Shown here piece after piece: positions 1-8,851 of a stretch of DNA of 53,531 nucleotides. This stretch comes from a virus. A program made the position numbers and the translations under genes. A model generated the notes under the pieces. That model did not search any database and was not told the DNA's origin. It worked only from the letters and a program-made list of their open reading frames with translations. The stretch lies in the UHGV virus genome UHGV-0350075. One strand, given 5' to 3'. Positions within the stretch are counted from its first letter, which is position 1; the number at the start of each line of letters is the position of its first letter.

Positions 1-466
1 GATACCCCGCCGCGCGTAATAGTGATTCGTTGTCAAACTTCACATCAAGCCTATTTGAAAGGCTACCATTTAGCGTTATCCCGCTGGCGGCGATCAAGTC
101 GCCTGGTATTGATGTTTTCTTGCAGCCGCAATTTAACGGCATATCAAAAACAGCTTGTTTCTTTCTTTGTTCTTCCTCACGCTCCGCTAATATCTGTTCT
201 GCCTTAAGCGCGTTATAAGCAATAAGGTCTATAAGAGTATCGAGCGGGTCGCTACCATTGCTTAAAATGGCCTCTAATCGCCCCTCCTTGAGACAAATTA
301 GTAGATCCCATACATCAAGCGGGGTTAGATTTGTCCCCTTCTTAGCGTTGTAAATAGTGGCTATTTTTGGCGCTGATTTTTCTTCTTTTCGATCGTATCC
401 GTTTTGTTCCCCTCTTGCCTCAATAGTTTCAGCCGCAAGTCTTAGCAATTCAGCCGCTTTACTCAT
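1..466 (-). CDS. hypothetical protein, partial (3' end beyond window)
   Basis: Own translation from ATG 466-464 (MSKAAELLRLAAETIEARGEQ...) appears open to position 1; start overlaps dam stop; absent from track (no in-window stop). Confidence 0.4.
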   Translation of the reverse strand, partial: MSKAAELLRLAAETIEARGEQNGYDRKEEKSAPKIATIYNAKKGTNLTPLDVWDLLICLKEGRLEAILSNGSDPLDTLIDLIAYNALKAEQILAEREEEQRKKQAVFDMPLNCGCKKTSIPGDLIAASGITLNGSLSNRLDVKFDNESLLRAAGY

Positions 467-998
467 TTTCTGCACCTCTTGCATATAGCTCTTTACGTGT
501 TATCTGCGTGAAAATACATTCATGTCTGCACCGTGGATGCCAGATCAAAAACAAGCTACCCTTATTGTTTCCGCTTGCTGGTTTCCCTGTCGCAGCATTG
601 ATAAACGCCAGCCGCCCGCGCGTGATTAATCGGCATTCGTTTGCCGTCTCCACCCCGTTCATAAACCAGTTAACAGAGATGTCGGCGGGCAACAACATTA
701 CACAGCCAATATGATTTCGGTGATGTTCCATTGCTGCCTTATCAACGAATGGCCCCGGATTCGAATATGGTGGATTAAGCCAGACATACTCACCAGGCAT
801 TGCCACCGCTCCCCACGGATAATGCAACGTGTCCATTTCTTCTGTTATATATCGCGGGATTAATGCGTTTGCCTTGTTTGCCGCCACGTCCGCGACGAAT
901 TCGAATTCACGATCCATTCCTCTAAAAACTGGTTTTGGCGTTTGCCATAAGTCCTTTATTTCTTTTGGCGTATGGCTTCCGCCGTAATCATTTTTCAT
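459..998 (-). CDS. dam: DNA N6-adenine methyltransferase (phage orphan Dam-like)
   Basis: Track ORF 179 aa; NPPY motif (WLNPPYSNP) typical of amino-MTase motif IV. Confidence 0.75.
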   Translation of the reverse strand: MKNDYGGSHTPKEIKDLWQTPKPVFRGMDREFEFVADVAANKANALIPRYITEEMDTLHYPWGAVAMPGEYVWLNPPYSNPGPFVDKAAMEHHRNHIGCVMLLPADISVNWFMNGVETANECRLITRGRLAFINAATGKPASGNNKGSLFLIWHPRCRHECIFTQITRKELYARGAENE

Positions 999-1007
999 TA
1001 CGCCCCC

Positions 1008-1241
1008 TTAGAAATAATCCTGATCTGCTCCCCAGCGGTTATTTAGATACCCCACCAACCACACAAAACGCTCAATGCTAATTAGCGGGGCGACCTTGCG
1101 ATAATGCTTGTCGAGTATCAGCCGCGTGGCTTTATCGCTGTATCCGTTCTTTTCTACCTCCGCTTTGCAGGCAGAAAGCGCCGCGCGTGCGGCAGTTTTT
1201 ACGGCGTTGAATTGCGGCTCTGACAGGTTGAATAAAGCCAT
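1008..1241 (-). CDS. hypothetical protein
   Basis: Track ORF 77 aa, co-oriented in tightly packed leftward operon. Confidence 0.45.
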   Translation of the reverse strand: MALFNLSEPQFNAVKTAARAALSACKAEVEKNGYSDKATRLILDKHYRKVAPLISIERFVWLVGYLNNRWGADQDYF

Positions 1242-1243
1242 AA

Positions 1244-1495
1244 TTAAAAAGGATCATCCCAATCTGGCGCGGCAGTCCAGCAAAACCCGATAAATGCACT
1301 AACCGTTAATAAAGCGCGCCCTGCGGCAAGGATCTCGCCTATTTCGTTAAATTCAGGCAGTGACCACGTAATAAACATTGCCCCCAGCATAATAACAACG
1401 ATAACAGCCATGAACGCCAGGAAAACAAAAAGCGTAGCTAAAAGCCACGCTCCCAACCAGTTAAAAAAGCTCTTAATCATTTTAAACGTCCTCAA
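1244..1495 (-). CDS. small membrane protein (2 predicted TM helices)
   Basis: Track ORF 83 aa; long hydrophobic stretches; 3-nt gap to downstream gene. Confidence 0.5.
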   Translation of the reverse strand: MRTFKMIKSFFNWLGAWLLATLFVFLAFMAVIVVIMLGAMFITWSLPEFNEIGEILAAGRALLTVSAFIGFCWTAAPDWDDPF

Positions 1496-1685
1496 TCACC
1501 CCATCTTTTACACGCTCTTTAATATCCCATACGTGAGGCTTGCATATCTCCTGATAATAGTGATCCGGCCTGCTTCCGAAATACCATTTACCATTCATGT
1601 AAAAGTAAACTCCAGAAAAATTACCAGGTGCGGCCTTTGTTGCTTCCTCTGGAATTTTCCATTCTTTGTAATGTTTAAACCGCAT
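1482..1685 (-). CDS. hypothetical protein
   Basis: Track ORF 67 aa; overlaps neighbours by a few nt (operon packing). Confidence 0.45.
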   Translation of the reverse strand: MRFKHYKEWKIPEEATKAAPGNFSGVYFYMNGKWYFGSRPDHYYQEICKPHVWDIKERVKDGVIEDV

Positions 1686-1869
1686 GTAACGACACCTCCC
1701 TGATAAGTTTGCTCAATTCAACATCTGGTAGCCTGCGAAAATGCTGCACACCATCTACAAAGCGCACACAATAAACATCGCCTATATTGTTGTAGTAATA
1801 ACAGCCACTAAAACCAATCCCTGCCAATTTAGCATTATCAGGCAATGTATAGCCGCCAACCTTTTTCAT
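1675..1869 (-). CDS. hypothetical protein
   Basis: Track ORF 64 aa; ATG 1869. Confidence 0.45.
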   Translation of the reverse strand: MKKVGGYTLPDNAKLAGIGFSGCYYYNNIGDVYCVRFVDGVQHFRRLPDVELSKLIREVSLHAV

Positions 1870-1872
1870 AGA

Positions 1873-1965
1873 TCACCTCATATGGTATTCAATAAACCAC
1901 CTGATAAACAGGCATAAGGCAATAAAACCCCAGCAACAGCACATATAAAACAATGTATCGTCCAT
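1873..1965 (-). CDS. hydrophobic microprotein (30 aa, MDDTLFYMCCCWGFIALCLFIRWFIEYHMR)
   Basis: Own translation; ATG 1965 two nt after upstream stop (TAATTATGGACGA, same junction as array ORF at 43253); below track 60-aa cutoff. Confidence 0.35.
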   Translation of the reverse strand: MDDTLFYMCCCWGFIALCLFIRWFIEYHMR

Positions 1966-1967
1966 AA

Positions 1968-2186
1968 TTAAGCCTCAATAACACCGTAATCAAACGTGCC
2001 TAAATACCGTTCTATACTTACAACCTCAATACCATCAATGCACCGTTTCCACACAGACACCTGGCTTTCATTTTCTCTGAAGTGCATATTAGAAAGCACT
2101 TCATCGGCTGGATAGCTTTTCCCGGCGACGTAGGCATCATGTCCCACGCCACCTTCTATGCAATAAAGCATCAATTCGCGTGCCAT
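1968..2186 (-). CDS. hypothetical protein
   Basis: Track ORF 72 aa. Confidence 0.45.
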   Translation of the reverse strand: MARELMLYCIEGGVGHDAYVAGKSYPADEVLSNMHFRENESQVSVWKRCIDGIEVVSIERYLGTFDYGVIEA

Positions 2187-2266
2187 CTTGTTTCCCTCCG
2201 TACCGTAAACCTTTTGATTTCAGTTTACAAAACGGATTCGCGATCACAGTACAAAATGTATAGCTA

Positions 2267-2282
2267 TGTGATCGCAATCACA
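2267..2282. promoter_or_regulatory. CRP-like palindrome TGTGATCGCAATCACA
   Basis: Perfect TGTGA-N6-TCACA in intergenic 2187..2285, next to GTTTACAAAACGG and GTACAAAATGTA motif copies. Confidence 0.4.
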
Positions 2283-2285
2283 ATA

Positions 2286-2906
2286 TTAATGAAGTACGCG
2301 CTTTTCAGGTTCAGGCATTGGCTGTGACATTTTTCGTGCTTCATTAAGCATAGATATAGCCGCCTGCACGCCTAAATCATTTGCACGCATGTTAATACCA
2401 ACCATTTCGCCATAAAACAACGGCATGATCGCCATTACGTCTTCCTCGTTGTGCCCTTCATCAATGCACTTCTGTAACGCTTTGGCCTCAAATATTTTCT
2501 TCATTACGCCGCGCACAGAATAAAGTGCAGCGCTACCCATATGGTTTTCGTCTAACGGGAAGATAACAGCACTGCCGAACGCCAGCGGATCAAGCTCTTC
2601 CGGCACTGGCACGCGACCATATTCTTCTTCCATGCGTTTCACAAAAGTGAGGCAGAAGACATAACGAGCTACAGCCGTTTTTTCTTCATTATCCAAAGAC
2701 ACATAGTCGCGCATCGATGCTTCCATCACAATATCAGCAACCTGTAACGCCAGATTCAAATCAGCGTCATATTTGCCAGCTTCCATATCTTTCAATACTT
2801 CGTGATAATCTTTAATTTCAACTTCATGAAAACTTGCGTCTTCAGTGTAGCGAGTGATTAACATGCCTTCGCTGCCGAGTGAATAAGCCGTTTTGATGTC
2901 TTTCAT
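2286..2906 (-). CDS. hypothetical protein
   Basis: Track ORF 206 aa; no motif recognised. Confidence 0.55.
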   Translation of the reverse strand: MKDIKTAYSLGSEGMLITRYTEDASFHEVEIKDYHEVLKDMEAGKYDADLNLALQVADIVMEASMRDYVSLDNEEKTAVARYVFCLTFVKRMEEEYGRVPVPEELDPLAFGSAVIFPLDENHMGSAALYSVRGVMKKIFEAKALQKCIDEGHNEEDVMAIMPLFYGEMVGINMRANDLGVQAAISMLNEARKMSQPMPEPEKRVLH

Positions 2907-2919
2907 GATATTTATCCTT

Positions 2920-3252
2920 TTATAGTGGGTGATGCCATTTCATTTCAGTTTCTGAATTAAACGGGTTTCCTTCGCTTGAAAGGAATAAATCACGCTCCCG
3001 TTTCAGTTCTTCCGGGCTTATTTCTATTTCATCAATCTGACCGAACGATCCCGGCATCATTCGTTTTAAATCAGATAGCGGACGCATAAGGCCGCAACCG
3101 CGTAACAGCATATCGACCGCGAATTGTCTACGTCCGGCGGCGTCATTAAAGCGCCGCGCCCAGGGCACAACCACGATCCGGCGTTCGAATTTGATAAATA
3201 GTGATAGTTTGTTTGTTTCGCTATCATATGCTTTATGGAATTTAATTTTCAT
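2920..3252 (-). CDS. hypothetical protein
   Basis: Track ORF 110 aa. Confidence 0.5.
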   Translation of the reverse strand: MKIKFHKAYDSETNKLSLFIKFERRIVVVPWARRFNDAAGRRQFAVDMLLRGCGLMRPLSDLKRMMPGSFGQIDEIEISPEELKRERDLFLSSEGNPFNSETEMKWHHPL

Positions 3253-3433
3253 TTAACACCTCGACGTATTGCTCAAGATGCCATTTACCAACTTCATCCA
3301 TGTTTTCGTCGTATATAATGACCTCTCCGCCTTGCCTGAATCTGAAAGCAGTGGCTGTAAATTCACGGCCCCACCACGCCTTTAAGCGCTCCCCACCTTT
3401 CAGGTGTTTAACCTTTACTTCTTTTATAGCCAT
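3242..3433 (-). CDS. hypothetical protein
   Basis: Track ORF 63 aa, overlapping neighbours. Confidence 0.4.
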   Translation of the reverse strand: MAIKEVKVKHLKGGERLKAWWGREFTATAFRFRQGGEVIIYDENMDEVGKWHLEQYVEVLNEN

Positions 3434-3696
3434 ACGCCGAACATCCCATTCAGTCCGGCGAACAATTTCCGCCAGTGGTCTTCAACATAAGCCCGGAACG
3501 GCTTAACGCGAACATTGCGGGCCTTCAGTTCAATCTTGTCGAAGAAACGCGGCTCTATAATTGTTCCGTCCAGATATTTAACCAGGATCGGGCGCTCAAG
3601 ATCGTTATATGTCTTGTTCAGCACAACCAGACCAGGGTCTTTACGGTATTCCGGGAGCACAACAAGATCACCCGTTTTGATATTCATGAATGGCAT
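3424..3696 (-). CDS. hypothetical protein
   Basis: Track ORF 3424..3699 begins on GTG; ATG at 3696 (MPFMNIK...) preferred, overlapping upstream stop (TGATG). Confidence 0.45.
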   Translation of the reverse strand: MPFMNIKTGDLVVLPEYRKDPGLVVLNKTYNDLERPILVKYLDGTIIEPRFFDKIELKARNVRVKPFRAYVEDHWRKLFAGLNGMFGVWL

Positions 3697-3812
3697 CACA
3701 TCACCCCGCCGATATAGCTAATAATTGCCGCAGTCGCGCCAGCTATTACCACCATGAAGACGAAAGCGACCACACAGAAAACAGCCTTGACAGTATTTTT
3801 GTCGACTCGCAT
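3696..3812 (-). CDS. hydrophobic microprotein (38 aa, MRVDKNTVKAVFCVVAFVFMVVIAGATAAIISYIGGVM)
   Basis: Own translation; SD-like TGAGGT upstream; fills gap between annotated genes. Confidence 0.35.
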   Translation of the reverse strand: MRVDKNTVKAVFCVVAFVFMVVIAGATAAIISYIGGVM

Positions 3813-3819
3813 ATAAACC

Positions 3820-3927
3820 TCACATGTCAGTAATCAGCTTAACAATCGCCACAGTGATATAGAGTGACGCACTAAGGTAAACAGCCGCCACAGCAACGGC
3901 GGCGGATAACATTGCAATCTTTTTCAT
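3820..3927 (-). CDS. hydrophobic microprotein (35 aa, MKKIAMLSAAVAVAAVYLSASLYITVAIVKLITDM)
   Basis: Own translation; ATG 3927 overlaps stop of 3924..4148 (ATGA); GGAGGGTGG SD. Confidence 0.35.
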   Translation of the reverse strand: MKKIAMLSAAVAVAAVYLSASLYITVAIVKLITDM

Positions 3928-4148
3928 TTGCCACCCTCCGCAATGAACTTATCAAGCCATTTGTTATTAGCCAGCCGTTCGGCATCTTCGCCGAATGATT
4001 TACGTTCGCTTAATTCCTGTCGAGTAGGGAAAGGCCATTTATCAACCCAGCCCGCAGACGTCTCGAATTCGTACAGCCCGCCGCCGAAAGTGATAAGCTC
4101 ATCAGCGCCGTCAGGAATTTCTCCGTCAACTTCTTTATCTTCGATCAT
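3924..4148 (-). CDS. hypothetical protein
   Basis: Track ORF 74 aa. Confidence 0.45.
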   Translation of the reverse strand: MIEDKEVDGEIPDGADELITFGGGLYEFETSAGWVDKWPFPTRQELSERKSFGEDAERLANNKWLDKFIAEGGK

Positions 4149-4162
4149 GATTTAATACCTCA

Positions 4163-4447
4163 TTAATCGTTAATAACCTGACCCATACGCCCGCGATATT
4201 TGCGCATACGTGGATCGACATATTCAGGCCAATGCATATCATCAGCTTTCTGTAGTGGGTAAAAACTTGCCTGCCAGTTGTCGAACCATATTTGCTTTGC
4301 GTACAGGTCACTAAATCTTTTCGCCATTCGATCCGCTGCCGTGCCGCATAAAAAAAGCCCGCGATCGATTTGATCACGGGCTTCTCTTAAAACTTGCTCT
4401 TTTGTTCGCGGCGGCGGCGGTGCTTTTAAATAATCACCCATCGCCAA
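4163..4447 (-). CDS. hypothetical protein
   Basis: Track ORF 94 aa; sits beside erf/ssb like P22 recombination accessory genes. Confidence 0.45.
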   Translation of the reverse strand: MAMGDYLKAPPPPRTKEQVLREARDQIDRGLFLCGTAADRMAKRFSDLYAKQIWFDNWQASFYPLQKADDMHWPEYVDPRMRKYRGRMGQVIND

Positions 4448-4456
4448 CCTATTGAA

Positions 4457-4873
4457 TCAGAACGGAATATCATCGTCGAAGTCCATCGGCGGCGGATTAT
4501 TCACGTTATTATTTTGAGGCGGTGGCGCTTTCTGCTGCTGGCCTTGCTGCTGGCCTTGTTGGTTAACGTTCATGAATTCAAATTCGTTAACCGCCACTTC
4601 TACCGCCGTCCCCTTCGTGCCGTCGTTCCGGTCATATTGCCGAACATCCAGGCGACCGCTTACCACTATTTTTCCACCCTTGCGGATATGCGGCGCTAAT
4701 TTTTCCGCACGCTCACCAAATACCAGGCAAGTGACCCACATTGTCCGCTTATTATCGCCGTAGCCATTCGTTACAGCTAACGGAAAACTACCAATCGCTT
4801 TCCCGTTTTGTGTGTAGCGAACCTCCATATCATTACCGATATTCCCGCCCAGCGTGATTGAATTTAAACTCAT
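4457..4873 (-). CDS. ssb: single-stranded DNA-binding protein
   Basis: 138 aa; Gln/Gly-rich linker and acidic C-terminal tail ...DFDDDIPF characteristic of SSB. Confidence 0.85.
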   Translation of the reverse strand: MSLNSITLGGNIGNDMEVRYTQNGKAIGSFPLAVTNGYGDNKRTMWVTCLVFGERAEKLAPHIRKGGKIVVSGRLDVRQYDRNDGTKGTAVEVAVNEFEFMNVNQQGQQQGQQQKAPPPQNNNVNNPPPMDFDDDIPF

Positions 4874-5514
4874 TAACCCATCTCCCCGTTAAGCTCTGCT
4901 ACCCGGATGTCATAAACATCTTTTGCCTTGATTCGATGCTCCGATCCTTCCGGTAGTAATTTCCAGCATTTGCCAAATATTTCACGCAGCTTGTTAGCGT
5001 CCTGCGCTTTCGCTGCTGCATCACAGAAACGTGCTAATACTTCATCAGGATTTGGCGGCGCTTTATTCTGCTGCGGTTGTTGTTTTGGTGGGTTTTTCTG
5101 TTGTCGCGGCTGCTGGCCTGTCTGCTTCGCGTAAGCATCAGTATCAGGATCGCGAGCATCATCTATACAGAATAAACCGTTCAAAGCATATTTACGCGCG
5201 TAACTTGATGTTGCTCCTGTTAGCTGGCTGGCGTCCATACCCTTCTTGCTTTCTTCCTCCCTGGCATAAGCAGTTACCGCTATTACGTCTTCACCGTCGC
5301 TTAGCGTCGCCGTTGCTTTCACATAATAGCGATTGCCGATCAGGACAATTTCATCACTAACAGTCAGCGTGATATTTTGAAGCAGTGGTTTAACCGCCTC
5401 TAAAATATCCTCCGCCGACCTGTAATTATATCCACCAAAATTATTACGCTGATTTTTCGGCGCGTTCAGCGTTTGCTGAATCGTCCATAGCTTTTTATGT
5501 AACTCTGTTTTCAC
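4873..5514 (-). CDS. erf: ERF-family single-strand annealing protein
   Basis: 213 aa; N-terminal half matches P22 Erf as I recall it (LNAPKNQ, YRSAEDILEAVKPLL, GNRYYVKATAT, GATSSYARKYALNGLF). Confidence 0.8.
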   Translation of the reverse strand: MKTELHKKLWTIQQTLNAPKNQRNNFGGYNYRSAEDILEAVKPLLQNITLTVSDEIVLIGNRYYVKATATLSDGEDVIAVTAYAREEESKKGMDASQLTGATSSYARKYALNGLFCIDDARDPDTDAYAKQTGQQPRQQKNPPKQQPQQNKAPPNPDEVLARFCDAAAKAQDANKLREIFGKCWKLLPEGSEHRIKAKDVYDIRVAELNGEMG

Positions 5515-5663
5515 TATTTAATCTCCCGTGCTGTTAACACTATGTATAAGGCTTTATTCGCGGCGCTCCACATTTCGGCATCGTGAAGCATTTCCGCTAC
5601 TGCCAGTTTGAATTGAAGCGCCTGAATAACCATAATGTCATCTCCGGATGTTTACATTTTGTA

Positions 5664-5954
5664 TTAATGATAGCGGACTTTATCCAGGGGTTTTTCCCCT
5701 AAATGTCGTGGTTGCGTTGCGTGGTAGTAGCTGCCGCTTTCATTTTCCGTATACCATTTTACTGATCCTTTGCGACGTTCTTTAATGCTATTTGGTTTGC
5801 ATCTTTCCTCGTTTGCAAATCGAATAGCTTTATCCACATTGTCTGTTTTATTGATTGCAGGTGATGATTTTCTTTCGTTTTCTCTTTTTATCCTTCTGCG
5901 TTCCCTGGCATTCATTTTGCTATCACATTTACCATATATAATTGTAACGCTCAT
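5664..5954 (-). CDS. N-like transcription antiterminator (P22 gp24-like)
   Basis: 96 aa; arginine-rich motif NARERRRIKRENERK near N-terminus; first gene left of repressor. Confidence 0.5.
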   Translation of the reverse strand: MSVTIIYGKCDSKMNARERRRIKRENERKSSPAINKTDNVDKAIRFANEERCKPNSIKERRKGSVKWYTENESGSYYHATQPRHLGEKPLDKVRYH

Positions 5955-6010
5955 AATCTGATCTCCGTATATCCTTGATGATACTTAATAAAAAATCATC
6001 TTCGTTAATT

Positions 6011-6048
6011 GCCGCACTTCCAGCGGCTGACCAGATTGTTAATGAGCG
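6011..6048 (-). promoter_or_regulatory. candidate nutL (boxA CGCTCATTAA + boxB hairpin GCCGCTGGAAGTGCGGC)
   Basis: Read on reverse strand upstream of N-like gene; boxA-like decamer followed 11 nt later by 5-bp stem hairpin. Confidence 0.35.
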
Positions 6049-6422
6049 GCTTAACATCTTTCAACTAATCCCGCAATCATCGCCGTTCCCTGCGTGACCT
6101 TGCTCACTCCAAGCAAGCTGACTCGTCGCCTTGCGTGCGGTTTCGTGGGGGATGTAACGCTTTAAACACCCCATGCGCCTTGTTATCAGTGCCGCTTTCG
6201 GTCCCCAATCGGGGAGTTACTCCACGGTTGACAAGGTGTTAAGCCTGATTTTTAAAGTGCCAGGAAGTTGCTTTTGTTACCTGCGCCCTTCCTTTGACTC
6301 GCAATATACGCCCCGTAAAACATCGAGTCAATCCATTTTGTATACTTTTTTAAAATATTTTATATGTCATTGATATTTAAATAATAAATAACGTTTTCTG
6401 TTTACGTTTTGGTGTTTTCCAG

Positions 6423-6448
6423 GCAAAGAAAAGCCGCCATTCGGCGGC
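6423..6448 (-). terminator. intrinsic terminator downstream of repressor gene
   Basis: GCCGCC-attc-GGCGGC hairpin followed on reverse strand by TTTTCTTT, 7 nt after cI stop. Confidence 0.5.
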
Positions 6449-6454
6449 TAATGT

Positions 6455-7102
6455 TTATGGCAGGTTTACGATCTTCGCATCAACCACCACGCCTATAATT
6501 TTTGATTCTGGATTCATAGGGATTGGCGGATACAGCGGATTGAGCGAACGTAAAAGCCTTTGACCTCCATCAATAATCAACTGTTTAAACGTCGGTATCT
6601 GCCCTTCCTCAAGCTGGGCTATAACCAGTTTGCCGTCAATAGCTGGCGCGTGCGGGTCAACAAGTATCATCGTCCCCGCCGGGATGCTTAACCCCTGCGG
6701 CGCGTTCATTGATTCACCTTTGGCAACCAGCCAGTAACTATCATCTGAACAAATAACGCTAGTCGTAACGTGTGGTAATGCTGATCGCCTTGTGTCATCC
6801 ATATTGTTTACTGTGTCCTTCCAGTCAATAACCGGGTAACTACCTAAATCACGCGGCGGTGCGGCCTGAAGTGTATTAGAAACAGAATCATCAATGACCA
6901 TACCATCATGTGTAACAGTGAACTGACGACGCCCAAGCGCCCGCATAATCCGCGCAATATCTTCAAGATTTGGCTCGCGGCGACCGTTAAGCCAGTGTGA
7001 CAGGCCGCCTTTAGTTATCCCCATGAGATCTGCGAGTGAATCCTGACTCATGCCCTGCGCCCGCATGAGCTGCTTTGCTAAGTCATACCATTTTGTTTTC
7101 AT
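6455..7102 (-). CDS. cI: CI-type prophage repressor (HTH + LexA-like S24 peptidase domain)
   Basis: 215 aa; N-terminal HTH, C-terminal GESM...K autocleavage-type motifs; divergent from rightward operon. Confidence 0.85.
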   Translation of the reverse strand: MKTKWYDLAKQLMRAQGMSQDSLADLMGITKGGLSHWLNGRREPNLEDIARIMRALGRRQFTVTHDGMVIDDSVSNTLQAAPPRDLGSYPVIDWKDTVNNMDDTRRSALPHVTTSVICSDDSYWLVAKGESMNAPQGLSIPAGTMILVDPHAPAIDGKLVIAQLEEGQIPTFKQLIIDGGQRLLRSLNPLYPPIPMNPESKIIGVVVDAKIVNLP

Positions 7103-7187
7103 GTCGCTACCCTATAACCTCAAAAAGTTTGATGCAAGTCACAAAACGTGTATTTTAAGCCTTGATCTTAAAATTCCATTTTGTAAA

Positions 7188-7226
7188 CTTGCAGACAAGG
7201 TAAGGCCATACTTGCAAAGACGCAAG
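7188..7226. promoter_or_regulatory. candidate operator palindromes (CTTGcagaCAAG; CTTGCaaagacGCAAG)
   Basis: Two inverted repeats with CTTGC half-sites in the 306-bp region between repressor and first rightward gene. Confidence 0.3.
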
Positions 7227-7266
7227 GAAAAAGATAACGGAAGGCACAAAAAGGCACTTACCTTAA

Positions 7267-7298
7267 GCTCTTTAAAAATCCGGTGTCGCTGCGAAGCG
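7267..7298 (+). promoter_or_regulatory. candidate nutR (boxA GCTCTTTAA + hairpin CGCTgcgaAGCG)
   Basis: boxA-like motif then GNRA-loop hairpin on forward strand upstream of first rightward gene. Confidence 0.3.
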
Positions 7299-7408
7299 AA
7301 AAACAAATATCACGCAACGGCGGGATCTGTTGAGCGGTCAGTCACTGCTATCTAATGCTAATGGGATGCCCGCCCGCGCGTTCACTCTAACCATAGGAGA
7401 AAAACAAG

Positions 7409-7663
7409 ATGAGTATGCACATGATGAATGAAGCATGGAACGTAAAACTTAACAGCCCGATCCAAAAACTTGTCTTAATTGCGTTTGCAGAAAAGGCAGA
7501 CAATAAAGGCCGCGCACATGCTTCACGCGAAGAGATCGCAAAAGTGTGCGAACTGCCACTGCATACTACTGTTGACGCATTAAATTCATTGATCCGCAAA
7601 GGATTCATTAAACGCGCTGACGAATACGGCGACATTTATGACATTGCATTGCCGGAGGAATGA
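7409..7663 (+). CDS. winged-HTH DNA-binding protein (HTH_36-like); first gene of rightward early operon
   Basis: 84 aa; AGGAGA SD 8 nt upstream; pattern KLVLIAFAEKADNKG...EEIAKVCELPLHTTVDALNSLIRKGFI. Confidence 0.55.
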   Translation: MSMHMMNEAWNVKLNSPIQKLVLIAFAEKADNKGRAHASREEIAKVCELPLHTTVDALNSLIRKGFIKRADEYGDIYDIALPEE

Positions 7664-7666
7664 TCT

Positions 7667-8719
7667 ATGAAGTGGTTTAAGCATGATAGCGATGCGAACC
7701 GCGATGAAAAACTTCAAAACGTTTTATTAGATTATGGCCTGGAAGGGTACGGGCTTTATTGGTATTGCCTAGAACTAATAACTTATGACGTAGATCAGCA
7801 CAATCTAACTTTTGACCTACGACATGACGCAAGAATAATTGCGCGAAACGTCGGATCTACTGAAAAACGTATAGAAGAAATGATGAAATACTTCATCGAA
7901 ATTGGTTTGTTTGAATGTTCTCAAGGTCACATAACTTGTTTAAAGTTATTGAAAAGGCTGGACCAATCAATGACTTCTAAAAGCGCTTACAGGGCCGCCA
8001 TAAACACAGCGAAGGAGCAATTAAAATTAGAAAAGTTAATCAATCCAACACAAAAAGGTCATGATAGGGTCATGACCGGGTCAGGAAAGGGTCATGAATT
8101 AGAATTAGAAGTAGAAAAAGAAAGAGAAAAAGATATATACACTTCGTGTATTGTCGAAAATGAACAAAAAATGGTCAATCAGGATGGCGTAAACGAAGCG
8201 GCATTGCGTTGCCTTGCCTTCTACAACGACAAGGCAGGATGCAAATGTCGTGATGCTAAGCCATTCGTAGAACTACTGACAGAAACAAAAACACGTAAAG
8301 CGTATACGGAGGATGAGATCACATTAGTGATTGAGTGGGCTTTAACCCAATGGCGTAGCCGTGGTGGAGTACCTAAGCCTATCAACATTTGCCGGGTAAC
8401 TAAGTTTGATGGGTATTTGGCTGATGCTGAACAATGGCGCAAGCTATCAGCTACTGTAAACGCTGCCGACGTGGTGGAAGCATTTAACAGCACGTTTGAC
8501 GGCCTGTTACCACCTGCCGAACTGGATCGGGATCTTGAACGCAAGATCTATGCGTTCACTGACTACCTGAAAGACAAAAGCATTAACGGCTTTGTCGCCT
8601 ACTTCGAAACGTTCAAAAACACGGCTTCAGATTTTTACTTCGGCAATGGCTTCACTGCGACACTTGATTTTCTGCTTAAACCAAAAACGCTACGTGATAC
8701 GCGCGCTGGCGTTCTTTGA
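7667..8719 (+). CDS. replication initiation / replisome organizer protein (DUF4373-like N-terminus)
   Basis: 350 aa; N-terminus MKWFKHDSDANRDEKL...YGLEGYGLYWYCLELI matches phage replisome-organizer N-domain pattern; precedes helicase. Confidence 0.55.
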   Translation: MKWFKHDSDANRDEKLQNVLLDYGLEGYGLYWYCLELITYDVDQHNLTFDLRHDARIIARNVGSTEKRIEEMMKYFIEIGLFECSQGHITCLKLLKRLDQSMTSKSAYRAAINTAKEQLKLEKLINPTQKGHDRVMTGSGKGHELELEVEKEREKDIYTSCIVENEQKMVNQDGVNEAALRCLAFYNDKAGCKCRDAKPFVELLTETKTRKAYTEDEITLVIEWALTQWRSRGGVPKPINICRVTKFDGYLADAEQWRKLSATVNAADVVEAFNSTFDGLLPPAELDRDLERKIYAFTDYLKDKSINGFVAYFETFKNTASDFYFGNGFTATLDFLLKPKTLRDTRAGVL

Positions 8720-8851
8720 CCAATCACGATCCGCAAAAATCCAAAATTACCCACAAAACAACCTCATCAGCGAGCTAAATCGCATGGGGGCTACACTTGC
8801 TTACCTTTTTGCGATTAGCTTGTTATGGAGCGTTTCAGAGAGGATTTAGCT

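Noticed and set aside
721-790. tRNA-like T-loop fragment (GGATTCGAAT) checked as a possible tRNA gene
   Set aside because: Lies inside the Dam coding sequence with no acceptor or anticodon stem context; no tRNA or rRNA genes were identified by eye in the window.
6156-6169. boxA-like CGCTTTAAA on the forward strand left of the repressor as nutL
   Set aside because: The leftward transcript is the reverse strand, so this is the wrong strand; the reverse-strand boxA plus hairpin at 6011..6048 fits better.
7050-7355. Forward-strand 101-aa ORF spanning the repressor start and operator region as a possible cro
   Set aside because: Begins inside the cI coding region on the opposite strand, has no SD, and covers the operator/nut region; not a credible Cro.
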